Source: a virus
Length of the DNA stretch: 64,000 nt
IMG/VR virus record: IMGVR_UViG_3300035517_000183
Location: 1 to 64,000 of that record
Reading direction: 5' to 3' (one strand)
Part shown: piece after piece, positions 37,607 through 47,498 of the stretch
Layout: each line of letters starts with the position of its first letter
Numbering within the stretch: position 1 is the stretch's first letter
The notes under the pieces: model-generated
What the model was told of the DNA's origin: nothing
The model's input: only the letters and a program-made list of their open reading frames with translations
Databases searched by the model: none
Translations under genes and position numbers: made by a program

Positions 37607-38167
37607 TTAGAGTTCATCTTCATCATCCATCCCCAACGAAACGGCCATTGCTGTCATCGCGGCCTCGGCTGCTGTCGAAGTCATGCCGACATCTTGAAAT
37701 ACCGAGTCCACATCGTCGTCACTCATCGGTAGCGGTCTGTCCTCGTAGTCAAGCAATAATCGCATTTCGTCGCCCGTCCACTGCCATAGTGCGCTGCCAC
37801 ATAGATACAGCACATCTTGGCGTATCTTGCCGCTGTCGTCGTAGTACCACCAACGAGTCGCCCATTTTTGCCAATACTTACCGTCGGAAGTTTTCAGCAT
37901 GAAACCGCAAGTCGCGTAATACTCAACCGCGCCACCCTCGTCGGTTTCGCCCATCTCCGTAGCCACTGCAACGTCCTCGCTCAACTCTACGGCATTTACT
38001 TGCCGTATGCTTTTATACGTAGTATCTTCCTGCTGAATTTGGTCGATAATGTCGAGCGGAATTTTCACGGTTTTGTTGTCGGGGCTTATTCCGAGTGCGA
38101 AAGCTCCCGTGTATTCCTGCGAGAGTGGTAACTGCGAGCCATAAATTACATTTGAATCATCTGCCAT
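37607..38167 (-). CDS. hypothetical acidic protein (tail module)
   Basis: 186-aa ORF. Confidence 0.4.
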   Translation of the reverse strand: MADDSNVIYGSQLPLSQEYTGAFALGISPDNKTVKIPLDIIDQIQQEDTTYKSIRQVNAVELSEDVAVATEMGETDEGGAVEYYATCGFMLKTSDGKYWQKWATRWWYYDDSGKIRQDVLYLCGSALWQWTGDEMRLLLDYEDRPLPMSDDDVDSVFQDVGMTSTAAEAAMTAMAVSLGMDDEDEL

Positions 38168-38173
38168 CTATAT

Positions 38174-38470
38174 CTAAACTTTAATACTGTTTACAAATTT
38201 AGTTTTCCATGATTTGGGGATTATATTTGCAACTTTGCAGAAATCATAGTAAACTCTGCGCCGTGGTTTCCCTACGAAATTACGCGATAGTACGTTGCGC
38301 ATATTAGCCTCGTTTTGTCCGTAGAAATCAGCCATATCCGTAGCGGTGGCGTCGATTTTCAACTGCTGTGTCAGAACGTCAGCCACCGACCGTAATTCTT
38401 CCATTGTACAGCGGTCATTTTCCACTTGATAACGTAAGTAATCTAATATGTTAAGCACCAATCTTTTCAT
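38174..38470 (-). CDS. hypothetical protein (tail module)
   Basis: 98-aa ORF. Confidence 0.4.
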   Translation of the reverse strand: MKRLVLNILDYLRYQVENDRCTMEELRSVADVLTQQLKIDATATDMADFYGQNEANMRNVLSRNFVGKPRRRVYYDFCKVANIIPKSWKTKFVNSIKV

Positions 38471-38521
38471 ATCGCAAAGTTAATGTTTTACTGCAAAATT
38501 GCAAATATATTTTGTTGTATA

Positions 38522-41500
38522 TTAGACGAGTTGGACGTTGACAACCTTTGACGCCTTTGAGTTTCGCGCGGATATAACCTTGCTTACATCGTCTGCAATA
38601 TTCTCGCAATGTTGGGCGATAAGTTTGCACTGTGTCAACGACTCCGCTGTGTGTCGCTCAATCATCTGTAATTGAGTGACTGACTGTTGTTGCAAGGCGA
38701 TAGCGTCTGCAAAATCAACATCAGACTTGCTGCTGATGCTGCTTTCAAGCAAGGCACGTATCGTAGCGACGTTCGCAGCAATACCCGGCACAAAACTTAC
38801 GTAGTAATTGTTCGTGTTCGTCATTGCTGCAAGGCCGTTAACGCTTTCTTCTGACGCTTCGGCAAAGTTGCGTGTAATACCGCTCGTATCACTGTCGCTT
38901 GAAAGTGAACTTACGTCAACGCCCGCCGCCTTGAGGCTTGCAATTGTTGTGCGGAGTCCGCTGTCTATGTTGTCAATCGCATCGGGTATTCCCGCTGTTA
39001 CGGCTTGTATTTCCGCTGCCGTGAGTTCTCCATCTTTGGCGAGTTCGTCAATTTGGTCGAAAAACGGCTGCAACTGTGCTTCAACAACTTTAGCCATGAG
39101 TGATTTAACGACCATGCTTTGAATCATGTCGTTGAATTGTTCTTTAATGGCGTCCGTTGTGCTTGAAAATGACAAATACGCATCGAGCCACGCTTCGGCG
39201 AAGTCTTGTGCTGCCGAGGCTAAATCCGAGTCGGTAAAATACTCCGATAACTCGCTTGCCATGTCTTTTATCTCATCGGCTGCGTCACGCGCACTTTCGA
39301 GATAGTCTTGGATTTTATCATCATCGGCTTTCTTGCCCTTACTGCGCTCTGCTTCGGCTTGTGCCAAATACGCCTTTTGCTGCGCTTGTAGGCTCGCAAG
39401 GCGTTGCTTGTAATTGCGTATATAGTCCGAGCCAAATGCTTTGTCTTGTGCGTTTTCAAGCCTATCATAAGCGTAAGACAATTGGTCGATTAAGTCTTGC
39501 TGCCGTTCAATTTCTTCATTGGCTTTCTTGACTTTTCGGCTTGAAATTACGGATACAATGGCCGTTAATGCACCTACTGCGGCACCAATTGCAGTGACCC
39601 ACCACATAGTCGAGCTGATGGCGACCGCGATAGCCAAAATCGCAGACATGACAGCCGACATTGTTTGTAGTCCCGTGACAGCTCCGTTAATCAATATTCC
39701 TATTTCGCTGTCGGAAGCTACATCCAATGCGTCAGAAACTTTCTGTATTGCGTCAGCCATAGAATTACAAGCACTCGAAGCGTCCGTAAGGCTCTGCTGG
39801 AACTCCGACATATATTTACGCGCTTCATCTTCTGCATTAGTGATGTTTTGGCTTGACTTTTCTTCTTTTTTCTTGGCCTTGCTGACTTTCTGCTCCGCTT
39901 TCAGTGTATTTGCAACCGCCGTATTAAGTGCCAATTGCGCTTGTAGTCCTTCTTCGGTGTCGATTAAGCCTTGCTCGCGAAGTTGGTTGACTTTGCTTTG
40001 CGCCGCTTCTTGCTGCTGCATCGCAGTGCTGTATTCGAGTTCGGCTGTTAGCGTTTCTTCCGAGTCGACCGAAAATGACTTACGTGCGTCACTCGCTTTT
40101 TTGAGTGCATCGCGATAGCCTTTGACGCTCGCAATGACGTGTTTTATCGGGTTGCGCGATAATTGTTCTTCGTTGATTTTGTCAAGGGCAGATACAAGCG
40201 TTTTTAAGTTTGTTGCATCCTCCAAATCTTTCTTGGAGTCAATTAACTCTTTGAGCTTTGTCTTGATACGAGCCAGTGTTGCGGATGAAACTTTATCTAA
40301 GTCTTGGAAGATTTTCACATAATCGTCCGAGGCTTTAAATTCCGCTTCGTCCACCCCTGCAAGTTGCTGTTGCTCGCGCTGTCGCGATAATGCAAGCCAT
40401 CTCTGCTTTTCTTCGTCCGCGAGATTGGACTTGATAATATCGGCACGTTGCTTCTCCGCTGCTTCTATAATCTCTGTGCGCTGCTGTTCAAAGTCTTTCG
40501 CCTTTGCGAGTTCTTTCTGCCATGTAGATATTCTGTTGGCGTACTCCGACATACCGCTCTGGATAATCGACTCTGCTGTTGGTTGATTGTCCTTTGTGAT
40601 AAAATCTTTGTAGGTTTCGTAGATTTTTTGCAGTTTGGCATAGTCTACCGTTCCGAGTCTGCGGTTGATAGCCTCGCTTACATCTACACCCTTAAAGACT
40701 TCCTTGATTTGGTCTATTATCGACTGCTTTAAATCTTCGCCGTTAGTGCCGTAAACGGCAACTGTGAGTTTTGCCGAGAGTTCTCTATTACCTGTCGACT
40801 CAAAGATTTTCTCAAAAAACTCATTGGCTGTTTTAAGCCGTGAAACTCGCGACTGCAATGCTTTAAGTCGTTTTTCCGCTGCCTTGGTCACTTCATCAAT
40901 GCTTATATTTTCGAGTTGAAAAACAGCCTCGTCAATATCTTTGCCCAATGACGGAAATAAATTCTTGCCCTTTGCGCCTTTCAGGCCTTGCAGTTTGCGC
41001 ATTTGAGCGATGAAATTCTGTAAGTTCTGTTGTAGCGTAGCCGAATCAAACGGAGTCTTAAACTCGAAGCCGTATTTACGCGCTTTCGCTTGTAACTCTT
41101 TGATGGTATTACCAAACGCCGACTGTATCTGACTTTTGGCTGCTACTTCACCGATTTTATCTTTGAGTTTGTCGTACTCGTTATAGAGTTTTGTCGTAAG
41201 GCTTATTTCCTCTTTGAGATTTTGTAAGCGTGGGTCTTGCGTGTTACCGCCGCTTTTTGAGCCTTTGGCGAAGCCTTTAATCAAGTCAAATAGAGCCGAA
41301 AGCATTTTGACTTCATTAGACGCATTTTCAAGTTCTTCGTCCGACACGGGCTTTAATATGCCTACGCCAATACCGCTATTCATTTGCGCCTTGTCGAGTT
41401 GCAGTTCTTTGACCTTGCTTTTAGCCTCATCCAGCGAGGTCTTTATGCGGTCTGCGTATGCGTCAATTTCCTCTGTCGCTTCCATTAGATACTGCTTCAT

Positions 41501-44107
41501 TTGGTCGGGCAGTATGCTGTATTGTGCTGCAAGCAACGATACTCTCTCGCGTAAAATGTTCACGGTTCTGTCGGTCGGCACTAAGTTTTCGTACTCTTTG
41601 ATAACCTGACGCACCGCGTTTTTCTGTGCGATAGATAGTTTACTCCACACTTTCTCGTCCTTGATTTTGTCGAAGAAAATTGCGGATATACGCGAAGTTG
41701 CATCTTTAACGTCCGACTCTGTGCTCGCAAATGCGTCGCTCCATGCCGTACCGAGGACTTCTTTAAGGAAATTGGTGTATTCGTTGATGGTGGCGTTTGT
41801 TGTCTTGCGAGAAAAAAGCAAGCTACCCGGTTGTGCGCCCGTGATAGTCAGATTTTCGACTTTCTTTCCGACATCTTCCCATGCTTTTGAATACTCCTGC
41901 AACTCACCCGTCTGACGTGCCATGCTTTGCGTTGTGTTGCGGATTTCTGCGTCCATGTTGCGCTGCATTTCAACAATTTGGGCGAGGTTTTTACCATCTG
42001 CAAGTTTTACAGCTTGTAATACACCTAATTGTCGCTCGCTTAGATAGCCGAATGTTTCATCAATAGACTGACGAACGACTTGAAATGCAGATTTAGTTGT
42101 CGTAGATGAAAGTGTTTTTATCCGCGAGAATAAGTCGCTGATTTGGTCGTCCGTGATTTGCATCTCTTTTATTTCGTTGCGATACTCCATTGGCCACCCC
42201 GGCGATTTGAGGTTGGATCTTGCCTTGCGCTCAAACGTCGTTATTTCTCCGCTTCGTTCTTCAATAATCGCATCAACTTGCTGCTGCATGGTACGCTTGG
42301 CAATGTACTGCTCTATCGCTGCTGTGAGTTCTGCGTAGCCATCTTTTTGTTTGCGTAGATTTTCGATAGTCAGTTCTTCGACGGGGATTATATTCTGATA
42401 CGTGCGTTGCAATTCTTCAAGCGCATCTCGTTGCTGCTTGCTGCCATCGGCTGCGTTTACTGCCTCATCCGCGAGCCGCTTGAAATTGTAGACCGACTGC
42501 GCCGACTCTGCTGCACCGCTCTTTTGAATGTTTTCGAGGTTTTCCCTGAATCGTTTGGCCTTGTCGTCAGCAAACACGAGATATGTAACGATTTCGCTCA
42601 ATGCCAAAATTACCCACATCCACGGATGGGCTAAAAACGCAGCTTTAAGGCTGTACATCGCTTTTGAGAATATATTAGTCGCGCTCGCCGCTTGTATCTG
42701 CGCTTTTATATACATTGCGTCCAGCATAATATTTGTTCGCTTCCATGCTGCGGCGTTTTTTGTTGCGATAATCTCTCGATTAGCGGCGACAAGTTTCGCG
42801 TTTAGTGTGGCGATATGTGCTTTGTTGGCTGCGCTTGCGGCGTTTGTTGCGATATTAGCGTTAAGCACGGCGAGTTTGTAAACGCCAAAAGTTACAGCCG
42901 CCTGCCCAATCACAAGGCCGACATTACGCCAGTTTTTCATTAAGTCTGTCGCCCACTGTATGGCGATTTTCATACCGCTGTTGACTACGCCTGTATTACC
43001 GATAGAGTCGTACATCACCGAAGCTGCATCACCGAGTTTCGCCCATAAACCGTAAAGTGTATTGCCTTGCTTTTCCTGCATATTATAGAATATGCCGCCT
43101 TTTTCGGTCATGTCGTTAAACACGTCGGCCACAACATCGAAGTGTACCATGCGCTTTTTAATCATCTCAAAGGTTTCGCCCGTGCTGATGGTTTTACCTT
43201 TGATTTCCGATAGTTTCTCCGACAGTAATTCAAGCATAGGAATACCCATCATGGCAAACTGACGTAACTCTTTGGCGTTCATTACGTTTGACGCCTTAGT
43301 TTCACCGTATGCCAAAATAAGCCTATCCATGTCAACACCCAGACCGACCGAAACATCTGCGAGTCGCTTGGTGGTTTCAAATAGCTTGTCGGTTTCAACG
43401 CGGTATGCTGCCAATCGCTTGGTGTATGTCGTTAAGTCGAGAATCTTAACCGGGGATTTAAGCGCGAATGACTTAATTTCGCCGAAGATAGAGTTGGCCT
43501 TTGATTGGTCTTGAATGATAGCCCCCAACGACACTTTTTGCAGTTCAAACTGTGCTGTAACCTCGCGCACTTGCGTTAGGAAATTACCCAGTGTAGCCAC
43601 CGACGCATAAACGCCCATACGCTGGATTAATCGCGAAATATAAGTTGATTGGTTGGCGTATGCTCGGTTAACCTTACTTGCTGCATCCGCTTGTTTTTTT
43701 GCGGCTGCCTCAGCCTTTTGCGCTGCCTTGATTTCCGCGTCGACTGCTCGCTGTGAGGCTTTTTCGATATTCGACAACTCTTTATGTGTCGACTGTAAGG
43801 CTCCGCGAAGTCGTACATACTCACTTAGAATTTGCCTTGCACGCCCCGTATATCTTCCCTCGGCGTCGACCGCCGTAAGTTCTGCTTTTGATAGCGAGTT
43901 CCACTCCTTGGTGAGTTCCTTGACGCGCTTTTTAATATCCTTGATATTATCATCCGTATTTTTGATATTCAAGATTAACGGATTGGCGTTGATTTCCGCT
44001 TGCCACGTTTTTAGCAATTTGCGCGAATCTCCGCTTGCTCGTTTGATAGCATTATCAAGGTCAAAGTTAACAGGGAAAACAAGACTATCGGTACTTGTTG
44101 TTGCCAT
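38522..44107 (-). CDS. tail tape measure protein (1861 aa)
   Basis: Huge A/K/E/Q-rich coiled-coil ORF with hydrophobic segments, preceded by overlapping chaperone ORFs. Confidence 0.8.
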   Translation of the reverse strand: MATTSTDSLVFPVNFDLDNAIKRASGDSRKLLKTWQAEINANPLILNIKNTDDNIKDIKKRVKELTKEWNSLSKAELTAVDAEGRYTGRARQILSEYVRLRGALQSTHKELSNIEKASQRAVDAEIKAAQKAEAAAKKQADAASKVNRAYANQSTYISRLIQRMGVYASVATLGNFLTQVREVTAQFELQKVSLGAIIQDQSKANSIFGEIKSFALKSPVKILDLTTYTKRLAAYRVETDKLFETTKRLADVSVGLGVDMDRLILAYGETKASNVMNAKELRQFAMMGIPMLELLSEKLSEIKGKTISTGETFEMIKKRMVHFDVVADVFNDMTEKGGIFYNMQEKQGNTLYGLWAKLGDAASVMYDSIGNTGVVNSGMKIAIQWATDLMKNWRNVGLVIGQAAVTFGVYKLAVLNANIATNAASAANKAHIATLNAKLVAANREIIATKNAAAWKRTNIMLDAMYIKAQIQAASATNIFSKAMYSLKAAFLAHPWMWVILALSEIVTYLVFADDKAKRFRENLENIQKSGAAESAQSVYNFKRLADEAVNAADGSKQQRDALEELQRTYQNIIPVEELTIENLRKQKDGYAELTAAIEQYIAKRTMQQQVDAIIEERSGEITTFERKARSNLKSPGWPMEYRNEIKEMQITDDQISDLFSRIKTLSSTTTKSAFQVVRQSIDETFGYLSERQLGVLQAVKLADGKNLAQIVEMQRNMDAEIRNTTQSMARQTGELQEYSKAWEDVGKKVENLTITGAQPGSLLFSRKTTNATINEYTNFLKEVLGTAWSDAFASTESDVKDATSRISAIFFDKIKDEKVWSKLSIAQKNAVRQVIKEYENLVPTDRTVNILRERVSLLAAQYSILPDQMKQYLMEATEEIDAYADRIKTSLDEAKSKVKELQLDKAQMNSGIGVGILKPVSDEELENASNEVKMLSALFDLIKGFAKGSKSGGNTQDPRLQNLKEEISLTTKLYNEYDKLKDKIGEVAAKSQIQSAFGNTIKELQAKARKYGFEFKTPFDSATLQQNLQNFIAQMRKLQGLKGAKGKNLFPSLGKDIDEAVFQLENISIDEVTKAAEKRLKALQSRVSRLKTANEFFEKIFESTGNRELSAKLTVAVYGTNGEDLKQSIIDQIKEVFKGVDVSEAINRRLGTVDYAKLQKIYETYKDFITKDNQPTAESIIQSGMSEYANRISTWQKELAKAKDFEQQRTEIIEAAEKQRADIIKSNLADEEKQRWLALSRQREQQQLAGVDEAEFKASDDYVKIFQDLDKVSSATLARIKTKLKELIDSKKDLEDATNLKTLVSALDKINEEQLSRNPIKHVIASVKGYRDALKKASDARKSFSVDSEETLTAELEYSTAMQQQEAAQSKVNQLREQGLIDTEEGLQAQLALNTAVANTLKAEQKVSKAKKKEEKSSQNITNAEDEARKYMSEFQQSLTDASSACNSMADAIQKVSDALDVASDSEIGILINGAVTGLQTMSAVMSAILAIAVAISSTMWWVTAIGAAVGALTAIVSVISSRKVKKANEEIERQQDLIDQLSYAYDRLENAQDKAFGSDYIRNYKQRLASLQAQQKAYLAQAEAERSKGKKADDDKIQDYLESARDAADEIKDMASELSEYFTDSDLASAAQDFAEAWLDAYLSFSSTTDAIKEQFNDMIQSMVVKSLMAKVVEAQLQPFFDQIDELAKDGELTAAEIQAVTAGIPDAIDNIDSGLRTTIASLKAAGVDVSSLSSDSDTSGITRNFAEASEESVNGLAAMTNTNNYYVSFVPGIAANVATIRALLESSISSKSDVDFADAIALQQQSVTQLQMIERHTAESLTQCKLIAQHCENIADDVSKVISARNSKASKVVNVQLV

Positions 44108-44538
44108 TATTTATTACTCTTGTTGTTAGTTGTTCCACTTCGTTTTGCTTGTATATCACCCATAACTACGCGCTGTAAATCCTCTGCGCTGTCAGTCGGC
44201 TTGCTTTCAGACTTGTGTATGTCCTTGACTTTACCGAATCCCATGCGGGTGAACAGTGATTGTGTCTGCTCTTTCGTGCGCTTGCGTTTGACGGTCTTTC
44301 GCTTCGGTTTTGGTGGCTCGTAGTCATAGTCGTAATAACTCTTGTCGGCCAACATCATTACGGTGTAATTTGCGGTATCTAACAGCCAATAACGTAGCCA
44401 CGACCATAAACCGTAGTTGCCGTAAATTGCTTTTATCCGCTCGTTGTCGGTCGCTTCTTCAAACAGTGAAGCTACTTGTTGTCCGCCTCGCTTTTCTTCG
44501 TAGCGTCCTCTTCCGCTTGCTGCTCCGCTATCGCCCAT
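44107..44538 (-). CDS. tail assembly chaperone, T-like extension frame
   Basis: Overlaps the upstream chaperone ORF by 67 nt in the -1 frame, and overlaps the tape measure start (ATGA). Confidence 0.4.
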   Translation of the reverse strand: MGDSGAASGRGRYEEKRGGQQVASLFEEATDNERIKAIYGNYGLWSWLRYWLLDTANYTVMMLADKSYYDYDYEPPKPKRKTVKRKRTKEQTQSLFTRMGFGKVKDIHKSESKPTDSAEDLQRVVMGDIQAKRSGTTNNKSNK

Positions 44539-45095
44539 CGCTTTAGCGTCTGCCTTACGCCGTCGCCAACTGGTTTCATAGAATATGCGAGTCGACTTTT
44601 TGAGATTTCCCAGTTGGCCAAAGAAAAATTTATCTCTTTATTCCACCCCCCTGCCTCGTTGATTCGGTAACAATCTTCTTCGTCTTGTAGCATGAGCCTA
44701 CGCCACGTCAGCCAAAACAAGCCCGGGATAAACAACGCCTTATTGTTTAGCAGATAATAAGCCGCAGTCTTAGCGTGTAGCGTGTCGAGTTTATGCGCTA
44801 TCGCTTGCGCTTGTTTGAGTTTCATAGGCTCTTTCTGCTTACCCGAAAGCGAGTATGCTTCGAGTTCAAGGCTGTGTATGCGCGTGGCTATCCACTTGCT
44901 TACTTGCTTTACTTTGTAGGTGCGCTTGCCTACGCTTATTACTGTCGGTAGACGTTGAATTATCTGCTGCTTGGTTGACAGTAGTGCGTCAAGTTCTTCG
45001 TCAGTGAGTTCTTGGGGGTCTTTTTCTTCTTCTGCCATGAGATTTGCGGTAGTTGGGTTAATAAACAAGGGGTGACGGTCAATACCTACCACCAC
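44472..45095 (-). CDS. tail assembly chaperone, G-like
   Basis: 207-aa ORF between the major tail and tape measure genes. The A-rich overlap gaagaaaag lies just before its stop. Confidence 0.45.
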   Translation of the reverse strand: MVVGIDRHPLFINPTTANLMAEEEKDPQELTDEELDALLSTKQQIIQRLPTVISVGKRTYKVKQVSKWIATRIHSLELEAYSLSGKQKEPMKLKQAQAIAHKLDTLHAKTAAYYLLNNKALFIPGLFWLTWRRLMLQDEEDCYRINEAGGWNKEINFSLANWEISKSRLAYSMKPVGDGVRQTLKRWAIAEQQAEEDATKKSEADNK

Positions 45096-45120
45096 CCCTC
45101 GTTATCTGTTTATACTCGTA

Positions 45121-45717
45121 TTATTCTGCTTCGGTTGCAGCAACGGGAGTACCCTTGCCCCACATACAAGTACCGAGAGTATCGGTGTCGATGTATTCGG
45201 CAGTAGCACTCAGGTGAATACGCCACAGTTTGCTATCAAGAGTCAAGTTGCCGACGATTTTGGCTTTCGGCAGGAAAATCCATTTGTTGGCCTCGTCGTT
45301 GAGAATAGCAATAGGAGCGGTAGTCACGGGGAGTTCCACGAACTTAACTACGTTGCTGATGTTAGTAAACGAGTTAGAAGTAATTTCGGCGGTCACTTTG
45401 GTGGCTTTCATAATAGCCATCGCCATCTCGTCAGAGAGGTCGGCGACTTCACACTCGAAAGCGTAAGTACCTGCGGTTACTGACGATGCAATGGGGTCGC
45501 CTTGCTCATCTTTAATGGTGTCAATGGATGGCTCATCGCCCGTCCATCCGGTTGAATCTTCTACAACCTGACCCAGCGACATACCGAGAGTAGTCACATC
45601 TGCAAATGAAGTCTTTGCGGTGTAACCGTCGGTGGGCGCATCGAAAAGCACGATGTCACTCTGACCGTTAAATACTTCTGATACCTTTTTGGGAACAATA
45701 CCTTTTTTAGTTGCCAT
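45121..45717 (-). CDS. major tail protein
   Basis: 198 aa, sits immediately upstream of the chaperone pair. Confidence 0.5.
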   Translation of the reverse strand: MATKKGIVPKKVSEVFNGQSDIVLFDAPTDGYTAKTSFADVTTLGMSLGQVVEDSTGWTGDEPSIDTIKDEQGDPIASSVTAGTYAFECEVADLSDEMAMAIMKATKVTAEITSNSFTNISNVVKFVELPVTTAPIAILNDEANKWIFLPKAKIVGNLTLDSKLWRIHLSATAEYIDTDTLGTCMWGKGTPVAATEAE

Positions 45718-45766
45718 GGTTTATAAGGTTTTAATCACAATTCCACATTAAATTTCAAATCTCTTA

Positions 45767-46198
45767 TTATGTATGCCATGCGACATTTAAAACTGTCGTT
45801 GCATATCCAATACTTAAATTGACTGTCGGGGGTGTAATAACATTGGTGGGGTCAAACTCAAAGAAATAATCGCCGTAACGCTTACCGTCTATCAAGGCCT
45901 CACACTGTCGGGTAATCTCTTTTAAGCGCGTAGTTTTCGCCGTGTCGTTGGCATTATTCACGCAGTAGATTGTAAGCGCGATGTTTCCCGAATACAAGCC
46001 ACGTGGTTTTGTAATCGAAGCAACTACGCCGTTAATCTGCGTCGTGATAAACTCGTCAGGGAGTTTTGACGACGGCTTTTTGGCTACCGAGTAGGCTTTG
46101 ACGGAGTGCGACTCGTTGCCGATTTGCACTGCCGTCTGACCGTCAAGTGCTTGCGCCAATACTTCTTCGGGGTTGAGGTCTGATATATTTAAAACCAT
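45767..46198 (-). CDS. tail completion / terminator-like protein
   Basis: 143 aa; position only. Confidence 0.35.
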   Translation of the reverse strand: MVLNISDLNPEEVLAQALDGQTAVQIGNESHSVKAYSVAKKPSSKLPDEFITTQINGVVASITKPRGLYSGNIALTIYCVNNANDTAKTTRLKEITRQCEALIDGKRYGDYFFEFDPTNVITPPTVNLSIGYATTVLNVAWHT

Positions 46199-46704
46199 AT
46201 GTCGTCAGTTTTTACTACTTGGAGTTTTGAGAGTATCTTTGTTGTGAGTTCATCTTTTGTGTATTCAAAGAAATATTGCCCACGGTGGCGCGGTGAGCCG
46301 ACTTCGTTGACGCGATATGCGTAAGGAACAGCGGAGAAAACTACAATCCAAATCCCGGACGAAAACATTGAAGCGGCTTCGCTGATAGCGTTTGTTAAAA
46401 ACAGAGTGCCATCAATGTTTGTCCAATTAAAGCCTTGGGTACCGTACCTTTGATTCGTCGTGGCTCGCTTTGTTGGAATATAACTTGCAATTCGCCCATC
46501 GGTATATACGGCTACGCCCGTTGCGTCGTGCAAGTTGGCCGTCCATTCCGGGATAACGCCCGAGTCGATGTATTGCACCATTTCATTGGCTACTTCAGTA
46601 AGTTTGCTGATAATCGCCGGCTTTACATTCTGTCGCAAGAACATTTGCATACCACGTTCAACAACATCTTGATTAAAGCCTATCCACCCGCTTACGTCTG
46701 CCAT
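46189..46704 (-). CDS. head-tail joining (neck) protein
   Basis: 171 aa; position only. Confidence 0.35.
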   Translation of the reverse strand: MADVSGWIGFNQDVVERGMQMFLRQNVKPAIISKLTEVANEMVQYIDSGVIPEWTANLHDATGVAVYTDGRIASYIPTKRATTNQRYGTQGFNWTNIDGTLFLTNAISEAASMFSSGIWIVVFSAVPYAYRVNEVGSPRHRGQYFFEYTKDELTTKILSKLQVVKTDDIWF

Positions 46705-46705
46705 G

Positions 46706-47038
46706 CTAATCTTCCGTTACGTCAGTATCGTACTTCAACTCAATCCTCGTAAAAGCGTTGTTCGACAGCGGCAATTGAACATTTCTCACGGTGTTTACTT
46801 TGCCCTCTTTTGCAACTCCGCAAACTGCGACTACTCTTACCGTGTCATTCTCTTTTATCCTTACAAAACCGGGGATGAATACCACGCTGTTACGCTGTGA
46901 TATGCCTTGATACGTCTGTACGCCTTGTTGATAAGCGCAGGCGCCTGAATACACATCGGTAGTGTACTCCGTGTCGTGTGCGTCAATCTCCGTCACGCGG
47001 CTTACAATACAAGTATCCTCAAATTTAAGTAAGTCCAT
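46706..47038 (-). CDS. head-tail adaptor / head closure protein
   Basis: 110 aa; position only. Confidence 0.35.
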   Translation of the reverse strand: MDLLKFEDTCIVSRVTEIDAHDTEYTTDVYSGACAYQQGVQTYQGISQRNSVVFIPGFVRIKENDTVRVVAVCGVAKEGKVNTVRNVQLPLSNNAFTRIELKYDTDVTED

Positions 47039-47048
47039 AGATTACTGA

Positions 47049-47471
47049 CTAATAAGTTTTTCTACACAGTCGCATTTCGCTTGCATCAAACATTCCGCCC
47101 TGCTCTGTCACGGATTCTTCGACTTCTGCGCCGATTTCTTCGCGGAGTTTATCAGCCATAGCGCGATAGTTTTCGCGGTCGCTCTGTGTAATGACAAATC
47201 CCGAAACTGACGCAGAAATGTCGCCAATCTGCTCGCTTCTACTTCCGCCTGAAAACACACCCGAAGCAGAATAGAATAATGTAGATGTCGCGTACTTTAG
47301 AGCTGCCAAAAAATCCGCGTCAGTAGCCCTGTCCTCGATGTTATCTTGGAGATTTAAGGCTTGAAACGCCGTCGGTTTGGCAAAAATCGGAGAAAGTGCG
47401 GCGTTTGCTACGACGTTGGAATCAAACGGATAGCCGGGTACTTGCGCTCTCAAATAGGCTTCAACTGTCAT
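47049..47471 (-). CDS. head-tail connector protein
   Basis: 140 aa; position only. Confidence 0.35.
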   Translation of the reverse strand: MTVEAYLRAQVPGYPFDSNVVANAALSPIFAKPTAFQALNLQDNIEDRATDADFLAALKYATSTLFYSASGVFSGGSRSEQIGDISASVSGFVITQSDRENYRAMADKLREEIGAEVEESVTEQGGMFDASEMRLCRKTY

Positions 47472-47498
47472 ATTCTATTCTGTTTTTATTCTTGTTGT

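Noticed and set aside
38808-43514. Several 60-200-aa + strand ORFs inside the tape measure gene
   Set aside because: They are antisense to a 5.6-kb coiled-coil gene. Their Ala/Ser-rich low-complexity translations are typical of the reverse frames of A/K/E-rich coding DNA.
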